Assembly: GCA_964016885.1 (NCBI GenBank)
Contig: OZ024740.1
Span: forward strand, 265,360,001 to 265,424,000
Direction: 5' to 3'
From: Eledone cirrhosa
Lineage: Eukaryota
DNA: 64,000 bases
Part shown: one piece after another, positions 11,576 through 26,300 of the stretch
Layout: each line of letters starts with the position of its first letter
Position numbering within the stretch: position 1 is the first letter of the stretch
Position numbers and translations under genes: made by a program
Notes under the pieces: generated by a model
What the model was told of the DNA's origin: nothing
Databases searched by the model: none
What the model saw: only the letters and a program-made list of their open reading frames with translations

Positions 11576-12741
11576 ATAAATTTAAATATCACTATACACA
11601 TACATATCATTTACGATACAGTTTCATATGTCACCCTCAGCAAAGCATTGTAGCCATTGTCGCCTTTAAAGGCATATAATACAATCTAAGCAACAGATTG
11701 AATCATTTAATAAGTTCATTCGTTTTATTTATGTATACAAACTATTGTAATTATAACACACGCATACAAACACGGCCCTCCCCCCATATATAAATATATG
11801 TGTGATGTGTGTGTGTGTTGCTTAGATAAAGAAAACAGAGATATGCAAGACGCTATATAAACATTCATTTTATATGTATATCTAGCCTTTATGTGTGTGC
11901 ACGCACATATGCATTATATCAATGTTGTGTCAATACACGTATATGTGAGTGTATGCTTATATAAATGTGCGTTTCTTTGTACGTCCATGGGGAAGTTTGT
12001 TAAGTGTGTATTCGTCTATTTATATAATAGCTAGAGGGTATACTTATGGCGAAATATTTCTATAGGCTATACTCATTACAGTCCGGCAATATTCCAAACC
12101 AGAGTTTACCTGGGGGAATTTCTTGACGTTTAATGTTTCGGTTAATTCTTACCAATAAATCTATGTTACCACATCATTCTTCAGTTGTACTGTGTACATT
12201 TTTGAAAGATAGTCCGTCTCTTAATGCCGCAACAGAATCTGGATAATTTCCAATCAACAATAGAGAAAATTGAGAACTAACAACGGATATGAACGTCACT
12301 AACGCATGCGCATAAAATAACTCGCAGACATATTTGCATGAATTCAACAAACACTATTTAGACATGAATAGATTTCATGTAAAGCATTTTCCCTAGAGGA
12401 AATATTTCTAGAGCAAAGAAAATGTACAAAAACAAAAAAACGTAAATGAATGAATAAGTAAATACAGAAGAATATAGAAGGGAAAAAATAGTATAAAAAC
12501 TATAGTGGATCACAATATAAAAATTAGTTGACATTTCGAGTAAGTAATTTTTTTTCATAGCCGTGAGATAGTTTTATTGCAATTTCATTGTTGATACTTC
12601 GCTGCTAAATACAAAAAATAAATGAATGATACACTCACAAATACACACAAGACAAGAGCAAAATCACGCATCCAAGTTTATTGCAATATGGTATTGTATA
12701 TGTTCGTGCGTCTGTTTGACTGTGAGCGTGTGCTATCACAG

Positions 12742-12784
<43 letters not shown>

Positions 12785-13055
12785 CATAAACGCATACATT
12801 GATAAATAAATATATATATATATATACACACATACATACATAAATACGAATGCGTGTGTGTTATGTGTGTTTTTATAAAAGTGTTCATTGACCGTAAGCT
12901 CTTAACTATCTCCTCCACATGTCCCCCCAAGCGAATTCCATCAACTCCGATTACACTACAAATAGGTATAGTAATGTTTTCACAATAGTTCAGTTAATTC
13001 TGTTTTAGAATAAATTTTTTTATATACATGTATATGTATTTGTATAGAGTACGTG

Positions 13056-13091
<36 letters not shown>

Positions 13092-13208
13092 GCACGTATC
13101 TTTGTATTGTGTATATATATATGTGTGTGTGTATGTGTGTATTTATGTTTACACACACATAAATATATATTTACACACACACACACACACACAAACATAC
13201 ACACACAG

Positions 13209-13250
<42 letters not shown>

Positions 13251-13544
13251 AATTTGACTTACTTTTGCTTTAACAAACCACAGGTCTGGTTGTATTTATT
13301 GGCAACAAGAAGTTTGTTAATGCAAATGTAAATCAAAATGATAATATAAATATGTTCTCAGCATCTACATTGCGTTGATTGGGCTTACTGGTTTATACCA
13401 GATATATATGTTAATATATATATATATGTAACATAGAAAAGGCTTCTACAGGACTAGATCTGTTTCATTCGAAGGAAATCACCAGCACAGCGCTGTATTG
13501 AGTACCTTACATACTGTGGTTACCGCCGATTGCACCTGGGATAC

Positions 13545-13880
<336 letters not shown>

Positions 13881-14199
13881 GGGGGTAGTGGGGAGAGAGT
13901 GAAACAGCTCGCTAGATAGATAGATGGATGCAAAGAATTAAATAGGCAGGGAGAGAAAGTAAGAGAAAATGGTTTCGCACAGAAGAATGTGACGACATTA
14001 TATTTTAATACATTAGGTAGGAAGAGTACATAAACTATTTAAGATAGAAACTATTTCTACAAATCTAGCAATTTTTCATTCGGTTGAATGAAACAATGAT
14101 AGCTCTGAATATGTCATTTCCAACTGCCTATATCTAACGCTTTGCATCTATCTACTTACCTATCTATTGTTTTTGCATTTATCTACCTATCTATCTATT

Positions 14200-14610
14200 T
14201 CCGTTTCTTCCCATATCATTTCTGAAGAAGGATCAGGATGGAGAGAGAGGTGCTGCACCCCAGCCGGTTTTATGAAAGATTGGTGAAAGTGGCGAGAATG
14301 GCCCGTGTGAACGGGCCTTCACTCTACATCAGACTATAGGTGAGGAAGATGAAAGACCAAGGGAACACCCCTCTCCGTGCTCTTGAGGAGAAGGGTTGCA
14401 CACTTTTTTTCGGGGGTGTATGCGACCCCGCAAGGCGCCTCCTCCCTATTGAGGATTTTGTTATAAAATTTATTTTGTTATATTTTACTTTATTTTATAC
14501 TTTTATATCTTATTATTGCCTCCTCCATATTGAGGACGCCTTTGCATGTAAACTCCCCCCTTTGTACTTGTCCCACTTTTGATGCCGTGGTGGCAAATAA
14601 AAAGAAAGTT
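14200..14610 (+). mobile_element. 3' end of an L1/Tx1-like LINE
   Basis: C-terminal remnant ...RRIRMEREVLHPSRFYERLVKVARMARVNGPSLYIRL*, a 3' UTR, then AATAAA and an A-rich end before (CTAT)n. Clade is assigned from recall only. Confidence 0.45.
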
Positions 14611-14622
14611 ATCTATATATTG

Positions 14623-14697
<75 letters not shown>

Positions 14698-14756
14698 GTC
14701 TATCTATCTGTCTATCTACCTATCTATCTATCTGTAATATATATATATATATATAT

Positions 14757-15360
14757 TTCGTTTCTGAATTTGTTTAGCAAGATTCTTTATCTGAAATCGT
14801 GTGTTGAAACCGATATTGTTATACTTTGGGAGGGTCATGTTGCCAGTAATTTTAGACAAATTACAGAGGCAATAAACATAAAAGAATTACAACCAAAATT
14901 AAATAGAAAATATGAGTGGAACAGCAACATCACAACTTACAATTAAGGACAAAGTGAAAACACACACACACATAGAACAAACAACCAACGAGTAACATGT
15001 AAATAAATAAATAAATAAACAAATAGATAAATGAACATAAACACACACAGACACCCGGATGTGGCGCATGCGCAGACTGAGCACACAACACACACACAGA
15101 AACAAAATGGCGTAGGACAGAACAAAGGAGAGGCACAGAAACAAAGAAAGGAATCCCCAGTCACTGAAGAGGTCACAGAGTGTGTGACGAAAGGACTATG
15201 ACTATATATAAACAACTATCTGGTTGTGGAACCAACCAACCAACCAGAAATTTATAAATTTATAAACTTGTAAATTTATAAATATATAATAAACTGAAGT
15301 GAAACATATGGTGCGTGTGTTTCTTATTGGCAACATGACCCTCCCAAAGTATAACAATAT
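14757..15360 (+). mobile_element. Penelope-like element family A: 3' end with inverted terminal copy, in (TA)n
   Basis: GIY-YIG C-terminal remnant RQITEAINIKELQPKLNRKYEW. 14757-14845 is the reverse complement of the family 3' terminus. Contains an HHR. Confidence 0.8.
15159..15203 (+). ncRNA. Minimal type I hammerhead ribozyme (PLE family A)
   Basis: agtca CTGAAGA g gtcac-agagtgt-gtgac GAAA ggac TA tgact; stem I agtca/tgact. Confidence 0.8.
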
Positions 15361-15416
15361 ATATATATATACATAATGATTAAGAAATAACTAAGATTTA
15401 ATACAATGTTTTAATT

Positions 15417-15476
15417 GATTTATATGCGTTTCATTCAAGTAGCATGTTATTCCTCTATATTGAATTCATCAGAATC
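15417..15476 (-). ncRNA. Hammerhead motif in an old fold-back element (~15394-15655)
   Basis: gatt CTGATGA attcaa...ttgaat GAAA cgcata taaatc. A decayed inverted copy lies at ~15568-15635. Confidence 0.6.
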
Positions 15477-15890
15477 ATTAAATAATAAACAGAAAAGATA
15501 GTTTTTACCAACCGCATGTCCAAATATCTCCAACCACAAAATAATTCGTGTTTGGAGATATCCAGACATGATAAATTCAATAGAGAGGAATAAAATACTA
15601 CCACCTGTATTTGAATGAAACGAGTGTAAATCAATTAAATAATGTATTAAATCTTCTTTATTTTTTCATTCATGTTATATAAGCTCTGTGATGTAAAACT
15701 ATTATGACCGGAAATAGCCAAATTGGATTAAACTCTGAACTGTATTTTGCCAATGCTACTGTAAATAATAAAATCACATTCGAGCTTCAACTATCTGTCT
15801 GCCTTATCAATTCATCTAATCTACCTCATATATGTATATAAACAAGTTTCCTTTTATGTTGGTTAATTGGCATTTGATATATATATATAA

Positions 15891-15948
<58 letters not shown>

Positions 15949-16076
15949 AGGTGATTGTGTAACAGTGAAGAAATACGAGTTAGGTAATATAATGTAATAA
16001 ATCTTTCTTAAAATCTGTTCTTCTTCCCTAGTTTTTCCTAATATTATATATATGTATATATATATGTGTGATATAC

Positions 16077-16208
<132 letters not shown>

Positions 16209-17090
16209 CTGTGTGTGATGGAAAGATAAAGGAAAAGTAGTGATCTATGTTAAGTACAGGGCTAAACTATATTATCAGAAATCATTTTTCCACACAGTTG
16301 CATGTTACCTAAGGTTTCGAAGCCTACTCTAGCATTGGGTAGAGAGACGCTATCCGATAGTGTGGCTTATCATTCAAGCAAAATCAAGTTGGCACTATCT
16401 GAAAAATAAGCAACACTATTAGATATAGCGTCTCTATATGTATGTATTATGTATGTATGTATCTATGTATGTATGGGCAAGGGAGCTCTTAAGAGTCAAT
16501 AGCCATCCAAAATCACCGGGAGAGATGACCCCTTAGCCTTTGTCAAGGCAGAATTCTAGGAGAAGGAAAACTCTGATATAACACCTGCAACCCTGATGGT
16601 ATCCAATGATGTTGACTTGTTCTTCTTTTTGGTAAATATCATCTTGGTTAAGAGAGTGGGACTGGCTTTGTGCAGTGCCTTTGCTCACTATAAAAGCTTC
16701 ACAGCACAGGCATTGCTTTATATCTGGAGATCTCTCTGCACTTGTCATCACATGGTACCATGGGCCCTGCACTATGTGTCAATAATGGTCACAAGTGTAG
16801 TGTTTGTACCAGAGTTTTCAAGTCGCTGGCTGGACTAAAAAGCCACATTCGTTCAGCGCATCGGTAGGGGTTCTCCTACATGGATATAAAGTAGTGGCCG
16901 TACTCGAAAACGAGTTGGCAGCCACCATGTATGTATGTATTTATTTATTTATATATCTATGTATTCTGTACGTACGTATGTATGCATGTATGATCTTATT
17001 GTTTTATTTTTGAAATTCCTCATTGGAATATCGGTATCAACTTTATCTTGGTATATCTTTCTACATGTATGCATGTTTTCAGGCATAAAT

Positions 17091-17240
<150 letters not shown>

Positions 17241-17946
17241 TAGATAGATAGATACATAGATATTCACACGCATTTATATGCTTCCATGCCTACCTGTGTG
17301 TATGTATATTTTGTTATGTATTTATGTAAGTATGCTTGTTTGTATGTATGCATGTGTGTATGTATGTAATATTAGCTTGACAGACTGTCGGTTGTGTTAA
17401 TGTGTTCAACAATGGTATAACTTCAAAAGCAATTATAAAACAATTTTGAAGCATAAATGTAAATTTTCCTTAAAAAAATTAAATTAAAGTAAACAAAGAA
17501 AGCCTTTATTTGTTGTTGTTTTTTAAAGACTATCATTTTTCTTTAGGTTTCGAAAGTTATTGTTAACAGAAGCAAAATTAATTTGCTTTCAATATTTCAT
17601 TGAAACACATGAATTATGGGAAGACGCGTGGAATAGTCTGTTTGGCTTAAAATCGAAATGTTGTGAGTTATATTTGCGAAGATAATTTATTTCGTAATAT
17701 TCTAGTCCAGCCAGGTGGTAAAAATAAGCTGTCTTACAAATGAGCTGTATGTGTTAATGAAATGCTCAGCCAGTCACATGTAGATTTTATGAGCATGTTA
17801 GTTAATATGGCTACACATGGGAATTTCTAATTGATTATCACGTCTTGTGTAGTTTCTGCCGTTCTTTTTCATTGTGACCCAGTCACTAGTTTTGTGATTG
17901 TCTCTAGTTCACCTTTTCTATCTCTGTTATTACAATATATATATAA

Positions 17947-18136
17947 GGGCGGTGGATTGGCAGTATCGGTAGAGGGTCGGACGCCATGCTTTCCAGCATA
18001 CTTACGTCCCTTTACGATCTGAGTTCAAATCCCGCCGAGGTTGACTTTGCCTTTCATCCTTACGGGGTCGATAAAATAAAGTACCCGTGATGCACTGGGT
18101 AATTGCTGGCCTTGTGCCTAAAGTAGAAACAATTAT
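17947..18136 (+). mobile_element. SINE family 1, full length
   Basis: tggcagtatcgg A box, gagttcaaatcc B box and the family body. Confidence 0.9.
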
Positions 18137-18756
18137 TATATGTTCGTAGTAAATAGTAATTTGATATGTTTTATGTGATATATGCCCGAGATATATATAT
18201 TATTGCGTTTATTTCATATGCACAGTATAGCATTTATTTCGGGTTTTATCGAAAATATTATTTGTGTACTTCCAATACAGAAGGACCTCATAAAGCAATA
18301 TGAAGGAATGATAATAGTGCAGGATACAATGCTTAAATAATATTAAAAATCCTACTGCGTGTAGATTGCTAAATTCTCTTTTGTTTTGTAGTATATAAAA
18401 CACAATTGTGAAAAGAAAGGTCTCCCGGCTTCGTACAACTAAAATGTCTTTGTGAGAATTTGAAGAATCAAGTAAAGTGAATGTTGCACATCAGAATTTT
18501 CTATGCAGTGAACAATTTACATGTCACCTCCAGAGGAATATATACTTGACGAAAGTATATTTTAATAAAGGACCAAAAAAGTGGCTTAAGAGCATTTTAG
18601 TAAAAAACATAAATATTATTTTCAAGTTGTGTTGTATATTTTCTGGTTACATAAGTGAAATATTGTGCTATATACCTCTGTGTTTAAGGGTTAGAGTATG
18701 AAACTTACGTAATTAAATATCTAAATATAAATATAAAGTCTATCTAAAGACAGGAG

Positions 18757-19010
18757 TCTCGTTAGGCCGGTGCTTATTCCGGTTTCGTGGCATAAAGCGA
18801 CTGAGAGTACAAGACACCCCAGTGACATGAGGCCAGTCCATCGCAAGGTTAACCTCCTAGCTATTTCTGGTACTCATTTCCAGCTGAGTATACTGCAGCA
18901 AAGTGAAATGAAGTGTGTTGCTCAAGAACACAATACGTAACCCAGTCCAGGAATCGAACCCATAACATTATGATCGTAAGTCCAACACACTTACCACTTA
19001 GCCAACACCT
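18757..19010 (-). mobile_element. tRNA-derived SINE family 2
   Basis: Minus strand: tggctaagtggtaag A box and ggttcgattcc B box. Confidence 0.7.
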
Positions 19011-20059
19011 CCACTAATTAAATGTGGCAAAGCGTATATCACAAAATATAAAATGATGATAGCTTTCCAAGAAAATACTTTTAAAGTGAACATAAACTTC
19101 ATTGTATGAAACTTTACTGCCTTGAAAATTATATTATAATGTATATATTTCACTACTTTATATCGTACATTAGGGACACATTTTCTTTGTGAAAACAATG
19201 TGAGATAATGCCCGAAGATATTAAGACAATGTTTCTAACAAGCCAACATTTACGAAAACATTCTAAAAACCCCAGGAAAGTTCTGCTTAAAAGGCAAGCC
19301 AATTGCATAAATGAAAGAATGAATAGAATACTTGTCTGAATAAGGTCATTAAGGAACGTGTAGAAAACAGGACATTTGTCTTGAAATGCATCTCACAAAC
19401 AAAATACCCCAAAACATTGGTTGCATACATATATATATTGAAATGAATAAGAATATTTCTCCGGGTGGCGAAACAACTTTAGAATGATGACATGTTCTGG
19501 ATTTCACGAATAAACAAAATAATTCAGCCTGGAAGTGCTATTTGAAATACATAGTATCTACATCTGTCTTTAGGGTATTCCATCTTTCGTGGTATATTTA
19601 ATGAAGAACCTTCGGGTGAATCAGTTAACTACAACTTAGCTTAGGATATTTTATCTTCCATACATAGCAATAATATTATTTGCATTGAAAATAAACAAAA
19701 GCTGTCAGAAGTCCTTCATTCATTTCTCCTTATTGTACATATTTATACTCTTTCAAGATGTTATGAGAAACGTATACTGCCTCAAGCGTTGAGCAATGAA
19801 GAATAGGAAACCCTCAACCTGCTAATCGCAAAGTTTAAATTGCTGTGCATCATACATTAGTATAATAGTTGATTTAGAAACATGTAACTAAAAGAAGAAA
19901 AAGTGCATAAAACTTAGAGTTTCCTACATATATTTTAATGGTTTTATAATGTTTCTGTACAACGACCATCCAAAATAATTCTAGAGATGCCGTGATTTTA
20001 GTGATGGCAACAGAAAAACAGAAAAAACAAATTACCTTTTTCATATTAGAAATATAAAG

Positions 20060-20123
<64 letters not shown>

Positions 20124-20126
20124 GTT

Positions 20127-20180
<54 letters not shown>

Positions 20181-20210
20181 TCTTAGTAGTAGTAGTAGAA
20201 ATAGTAGTAG
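20060..20210. repeat. (TAG)n microsatellite
   Basis: Trinucleotide run. Confidence 0.95.
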
Positions 20211-20248
20211 GCTATTAAAGGGAGTCAATATAGACGTGATTATATATT

Positions 20249-23124
20249 GACTGTCTAGTGTCAGAGCTATGCCGTCGGGAACTTCGGTTCCTGGTAGGGC
20301 CACCCAAGGCGGATTGGTCTGGTACCCATGGTATTAGGGTCGCAACCCGGCAAAAGGGGCTCTGGTTAAAATCCAAGAGGTGTCTGCTTCGGTAACCGGC
20401 GGCTTCCGGTCGTTTCTGTCTCTGTGTCTGTGGAGAATCTGCGACAAACAGGACTTTTTTTCCCCTCGCTCGGGATATACTTACGGGTTTTTTGGGGGGA
20501 CCGCTTGTGAATTTACTACTCCCATGACACTTCTTCCATGAATCCTACAAATACGAACTGTGAATACGAATTGCCTTCCCGCTACGAACGCAATGCAAAG
20601 CAACATCACTCTACCACTATGGCTCGACAACTACTCCCGCAGTAGTCCCGCTCTTCAGACGAAGGAAGGAATTGAGGGTGGTGTGCTGGAACGTCCGAAG
20701 ACTTCGTGACGACGGTGTCCAGGCACTTACAATGAAGGCTCTGCACAAGTACTGCGTTAGTGACGCTTGCCTTTCAGAGATTCGGCTTCCCGATGTTGGT
20801 CATCTTCCGATGAAAGTTCCTGGCGAGGACATTTCCTACCACTTGTACCATAGTGGCGTGACTGACAACCGTGGCCTTCACGGGGTCGCTGTAGCGCTCA
20901 GCCCCGACGCGCAAGCGGCTCTGCTGGCGTGGCAGCCGATCTCACACAGACTCGCGCTGGTTCGATTGAAGGGTCAAATCTCCAACGTCAGCATAATTGC
21001 CGTCTACGCCCCCACACTCAATGCGGACGAGGCTGACAAGACGCAGTTCTATGCCGATCTCCAAAAATCCCTGGATGGCGTCCCCTCCAGTGATGTTCTT
21101 ATTGTCGCTGGGGACTGGAATGCGCGGACGGGGTCGGCTGATGATACAACACGTCATATTCTAGGACGCTTCGCCCTAGGCGTACGCTGTGACAATGGTG
21201 AACCGCTGGTGTCCTTCGCGGATGCTAATCGTCTTATCGTCACAACACCCGGTTCCAACATCCTCGGCGTCACCTTGTCACGTGACGATCCTATGACGGA
21301 AGAGCGGCTAATCAGATTGACTACATCTTGGTCAGATCTCGGTGGGCCAGCTCAGTTATGCACTCGCGTGCGTATCGGGGGACTGATACGTGCAGTGAGC
21401 ATGGGTCAGACCATACTCTTGTTCGAGCAACCCTTCGTCTGCGACTGCGGGCGAAACGTCCTCTCAGCCGCCAGAAAAGGATCGATATCTCGCGACTCAA
21501 GGGAGCATCACGGGTCGACCCGAATACGCTATCGGTACTGGATCTCCGGCGGCACTCTTGAACTCGCGGAGAGGGCGAGAGTGGCCCTACTCGAGGGTGC
21601 ACCCAATCTTCGAGATCTCCGACGTCACACATCTCGGGCTAACGGGCCGATCGGAATGCACACTGGCGCGATTTTGTGGAGCAGACGGAGAGGGCAGCAG
21701 CCTGTGGTGACACGTGCAAGCTCTACCAACTGGTGAAGCGGGCCAGCCGCAGCAGTACGGGTATCAGCGAGACGATCCGTGATCGTTACGGGGCAGTCAT
21801 TACCAATCTTAATGACCGGCTAGTCCGATGGCGGGTCCATTTCTCCAAAACATTTCTCCGTCCGGAAAGGGGGTGCTTTGATCAAATCTTCATTCTCCGG
21901 CGTGTCCTGGAACAACGGTGGGCACATCAACAGCCTACCGTCCTCTGCTTCATCGACTTTGCAGCTGCCTTCGACTCGGTATATCGGGAAGCCCTATGGC
22001 GTATAATGCAGGCGGACGGCATCCCAGTGAAGTTGCATCGTCTCATACAAGGCTACTACCGGTCGACTCAGGCTCGAGTGAGTGTCTATGGTGGGGAGAC
22101 GGAGTCGTTCGATGTTGGGACCGGTGTTCGGCAGGGGTGTGCGCTATCGCCAACTCTCTTTTACTACGCCATTGACTACACTTTCAACACAGCGCTCCGG
22201 GATTACCCGGGCGTAGAGGTCGGGAGAGGGGTCGTGGTGACGAACCTGGACTACGCGGATGACATCGTTCTGATGGGCGCTAACGGGACAGCTGTACCAG
22301 GTGCTCTCGAAAGGGTGCACACTGCAGCCGCCGCTGTTGGTCTACGAATCAATGCCACCAAGTCGAAAATCACGACGTCACTGGTCTCGCCTGATGCCTG
22401 GCAGCCAATATCTCTCGAGGGCGTGCACCTGGAGGATGTGGAGTCCTTCATTTACCTGGGCTCAACAGTGGATCCAACGGCACAAGGCGCAGCCGAGGTC
22501 AAGCGTCGCATATGTGCTGCCAGATCCGCTTTTGAGCGCCTCCAGCGGTGTCTGTCGGACAGAAGAGAGATCACCTCGGCGACCAAAGGGCAAATCTACC
22601 AGGCCGTCGTTCGAACTATCCTCCTTTATGGCTGTGAAACATGGCCTATGAGGGGGCTGAACGGGGGCTGGAGGTCTTCGACAATGACTGTCTCCGCCGC
22701 ATTCTTCGCTGTCGACGCATTGATCGGGTACCTACCGCCAGTCTTTGCCTTCGCCTGAATCTTTGACCCCTTCCTTCAGTGATTCAGCAACGGCGCTTGA
22801 GATGGTTTGGTCACGCAGCCCGGCGCCCTGAGGGTGAGCTGCTCCGCGATGTTCTCCTCCCACCTACACTCCCTCATTGGCGCATGCGCGTTGGCGGGCA
22901 GCTGAAGACCTGGGCAACGATGATCAAGGCGGACCTCTCCGAACGCTCAGGTCCGCAGGTGGTCGGCCTGCGCCAATGGAAACGTGACTGGCTCGCTATC
23001 TCCAGTCACCTAGCCCGGGACCGTCATGCGTGGGTTGCAATGGTTCGGGATGCCGTCAGGACTAGGGAAGACACCGGCTCAACCCGTCCAGGGTCAATGT
23101 CGACACAAGTACAAATACAAGTAA
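20249..23124 (+). mobile_element. RTE-clade LINE (APE endonuclease + RT), frameshifted with an internal deletion near 21845
   Basis: APE motifs WNVRRL, VYAPT, GDWNAR, GSDH. RT motifs FIDFAAAFDSV, GVRQGCALSP, LDYADD, LLYGCETW, RLRWFGH. Tail acaagtacaaatacaagta. 13-bp TSD gtgat(t/a)atatatt at 20236-20248 and 23125-23137. Confidence 0.93.
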
Positions 23125-23225
23125 GTGATAATATATTAATTTGAGAAAATAGAACAACAGGGTGGCTTCTTCGAAATTAGCACACATTACACAAATACAT
23201 GCACACACACAAACATATATGTATA

Positions 23226-23317
<92 letters not shown>

Positions 23318-23318
<1 letters not shown>

Positions 23319-26300
23319 TAGCAGTTTAGCCCGGCGTTGCTCGGGTTTGTTCATTTGCTATGAAAAGTTACATACAGGCAAAGTGGCTTGAAAGCGAATA
23401 AGCTTATCAATTAAGTGCATAATGGTTATTAAAAGTTACGAACCAATTAGCATTTTTGGCAGTCAATGATGGGTTAATAATCTTCCAATAGCGATTTTAG
23501 TAGACCAAATTTGCAAGATGGTGGTCCTGATGCCGCTGGGTGTCAGATCTGTCCGGGTGACCCTACCAGGAAATAGTTTCCATACGGCATAGCTCCAACA
23601 CCTCCAACACCTGCACCAACATCTATAACACCTCTTTATAGAAGATATTGAATGCCATTCCTTGAGGAGTGTAAGTAAAAAGTCCATTCCTGCTTCCTAC
23701 GCGGAAACAGGGAACATAAAGTTGGCCAAGGTAGAAGCATGGCTCCCCCCAAATGGCTGCCCACCACCGACAATATTTGCCCTTGTGACTTGTTAATGGA
23801 CATGGCAAAACATGGTCTCACCGGAAATTGGGATCGCCGGAAATCGAACGGGATATCTGACGCCGAGGGGAAAAGGTTCATCCTTGAAATGAAAACATTC
23901 TCCCCTCTCCCGTACCCCGTTACAATGGTGGCCTCAATCAAATGGGGTGTCAGTGACTTGACGACCATGCGAGTACCGTTGCACTGCTTTGGTGGACGTA
24001 TAATGGGGCAGCCAACCCTAAGCTTAAGAATGTGAGGTGGAGCCCTGGTGGCTCAAGGGAATTTAATAACTCAATCCGATAATTAACGATATCGTCGGGG
24101 TCTGACGTCCGGTCGATAGATTTGAAGATGTGCTCTTTACCGGAATTCTTCTCAATCAGCTGCTCGTTAATAAAATTAACCATGGCATTATTCGGAGCAA
24201 GGATGGCTCTTTTGATGAACCAATCGAGGTTTTTAAAGTTAGATGAGACATTAGGAAAAACTGCTTCAGAAGGGCTGCTCACAATGTTGAACAGGGAGTC
24301 GATTGCTATGCCACCCTTGTCATCCGCAAGGACCTTTCCCTCACTAAGTGCTAAAATATTCTGAGCAAATGCTGCATATATCTTGTCACCATGCAAATGA
24401 GCACGCATATATGTGCTCAGGAACAAACTCTTCACCTGGGGCCACAACATGGACGACTTAAGGTAGGCACGCACTTCATCAGCTCTTGTCCCTTTGGGGA
24501 TGACAGTCAGCGTTTGCCGAAAATCCCCTGATAGAAGAAGGGTTACGCCACCCATAGGAGCCGTAGAATCCCTAATGTCTTTCGGGGTCCTGTCCAATGC
24601 CTCAAGGGCACCCTTGTGTGCACTCATCCTAAACATTGAGGGAGCATTTTTTGAGAATCTGAGCTTCGTGTGAGCTCTTGCTGATATTGCATGTTGGTGT
24701 CTCAGTTTTTACTAAATCCAAGGGGAGTTTAAAGGTTGAATGTGCTGTCCTGCCTCTCGGCAGCAAAGTAGCAGCGATCCCGGACGATGCAACGGCCAAC
24801 GCAATTTTTTTTTCTCCTGACGAATCTTAACGGGAATCAATTTTGTTACAAAGTTTTTCCGGTACCCCCAGGAGCATCGAGAAAGTAAATAACCCCAGTC
24901 TGATTTTGAACTGCGTCAATGATAGTTAAATAGGCCAACCTTTGGTCCGACAGACGTTTGGGCTCATTTTCCTCTAAGTATTGGGAAAGAGATTCGATGT
25001 CATATGCTGTTTCCCGCAACAAATCCGGGGCCAACGTGTTAGCTTCATCTGTGATGGCAAGCCATACGTCAAGCCAACTCACTCCCACCCATGTCGAGGA
25101 GGGCGTCCTCGATATCAATGAGTGCCCTGTTGTAGATAATGCCGCTGTAAGCAACTTCCACTGAAGGATACTGCAGATGAGCCAGGCGGAGGAAATCCTC
25201 AGACATGAGATCTCTGTACTTGACCCATAAAGATTTGGGATCACCCAATTCACACTTTTAAAGCAAAATGGCAAAGAATTCCCGTAGACCTTTAGGTGAT
25301 TTCAACAAAGCACCCTCTGCTAAAGTGGAATCCCATTGCGAATCATCTTCCAAAAGACCACGCTTAAAGGAGGCTTCCCGGTACGTATCACATATTTGTC
25401 CATCAACAGTTTTGAGGTCCTGAAAACTGTGTGGGACTACAACTTCATGCAGAAGAAGGCGGAGATGAAAGCACTCATGCTGACTTGGAGGCACAGTGTA
25501 AACCCTTCCAAGACAGCTGTCAAATTTTACACCAGGATGTCTTTCAACAGCCTGACCTGACTTTTTTCGCACCCAAGTAGGATGGAACCTGGCGACACAA
25601 TTGTTTGCGCAAATGTATCGAACTGACAAAGTTTGAAGAAACCTGTCAGAGTGGTCTCTTTCGGATCGGCGGTTTGGTCCGTAAAGTAAACCCTTTGCCC
25701 ATATTCCAAATGTACCGCAAGCTGTACGATGGCGTTGTGCCGTTGGTGTAGGGGGAAACCAAATAGGTGCCAAAAAGCTTCATTGCTACTGATGTACTGC
25801 CCCGCAAGGTATTCTGTGACCTCACCAGAGCCCTTATTTACATATTTGCATATGTATTTTATAGACTTGACGGAGTTGCAAAACTCAACGTTGATGTGGG
25901 CGTTTAACATCTTCAAGAGAAGCGAGCAGTAAGGGACCACCCATCTATTGTCGACTTGACCTCCCTTTACTGTTGTGGTGAAGCCACCATTCTCGGGCCG
26001 TATCCGCCTGTACAGGGGGTACTCATCGCCACCAGTCTGAGTCTCGTCAATAAGTCTCGACACGTGTGATGCTCATTAGGACCCGACGCACAATGACCAT
26101 GTTAGCTTTGACGATGTCATGTAATTCCTGGCCAGTTGCTGGGTTAGGGATTTCAGCCGAAATGAAGCTGTCTATGGCATTTGAATTGATTTTATCAGCT
26201 AACCAAATCAAAATGTGAGCATGTGGCAGCCCTCGTTTTTGCCATTCGACGGTGAACATGTCACATTTTACAGCCCCAAATACCTTACCTTTTTTATTAA

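Noticed and set aside
23636-24636. Host Pif1 helicase gene
   Set aside because: It is frameshifted, intronless, adjacent to Rep motifs and bounded by a hairpin-CTAG end, so it is the Helitron helicase.
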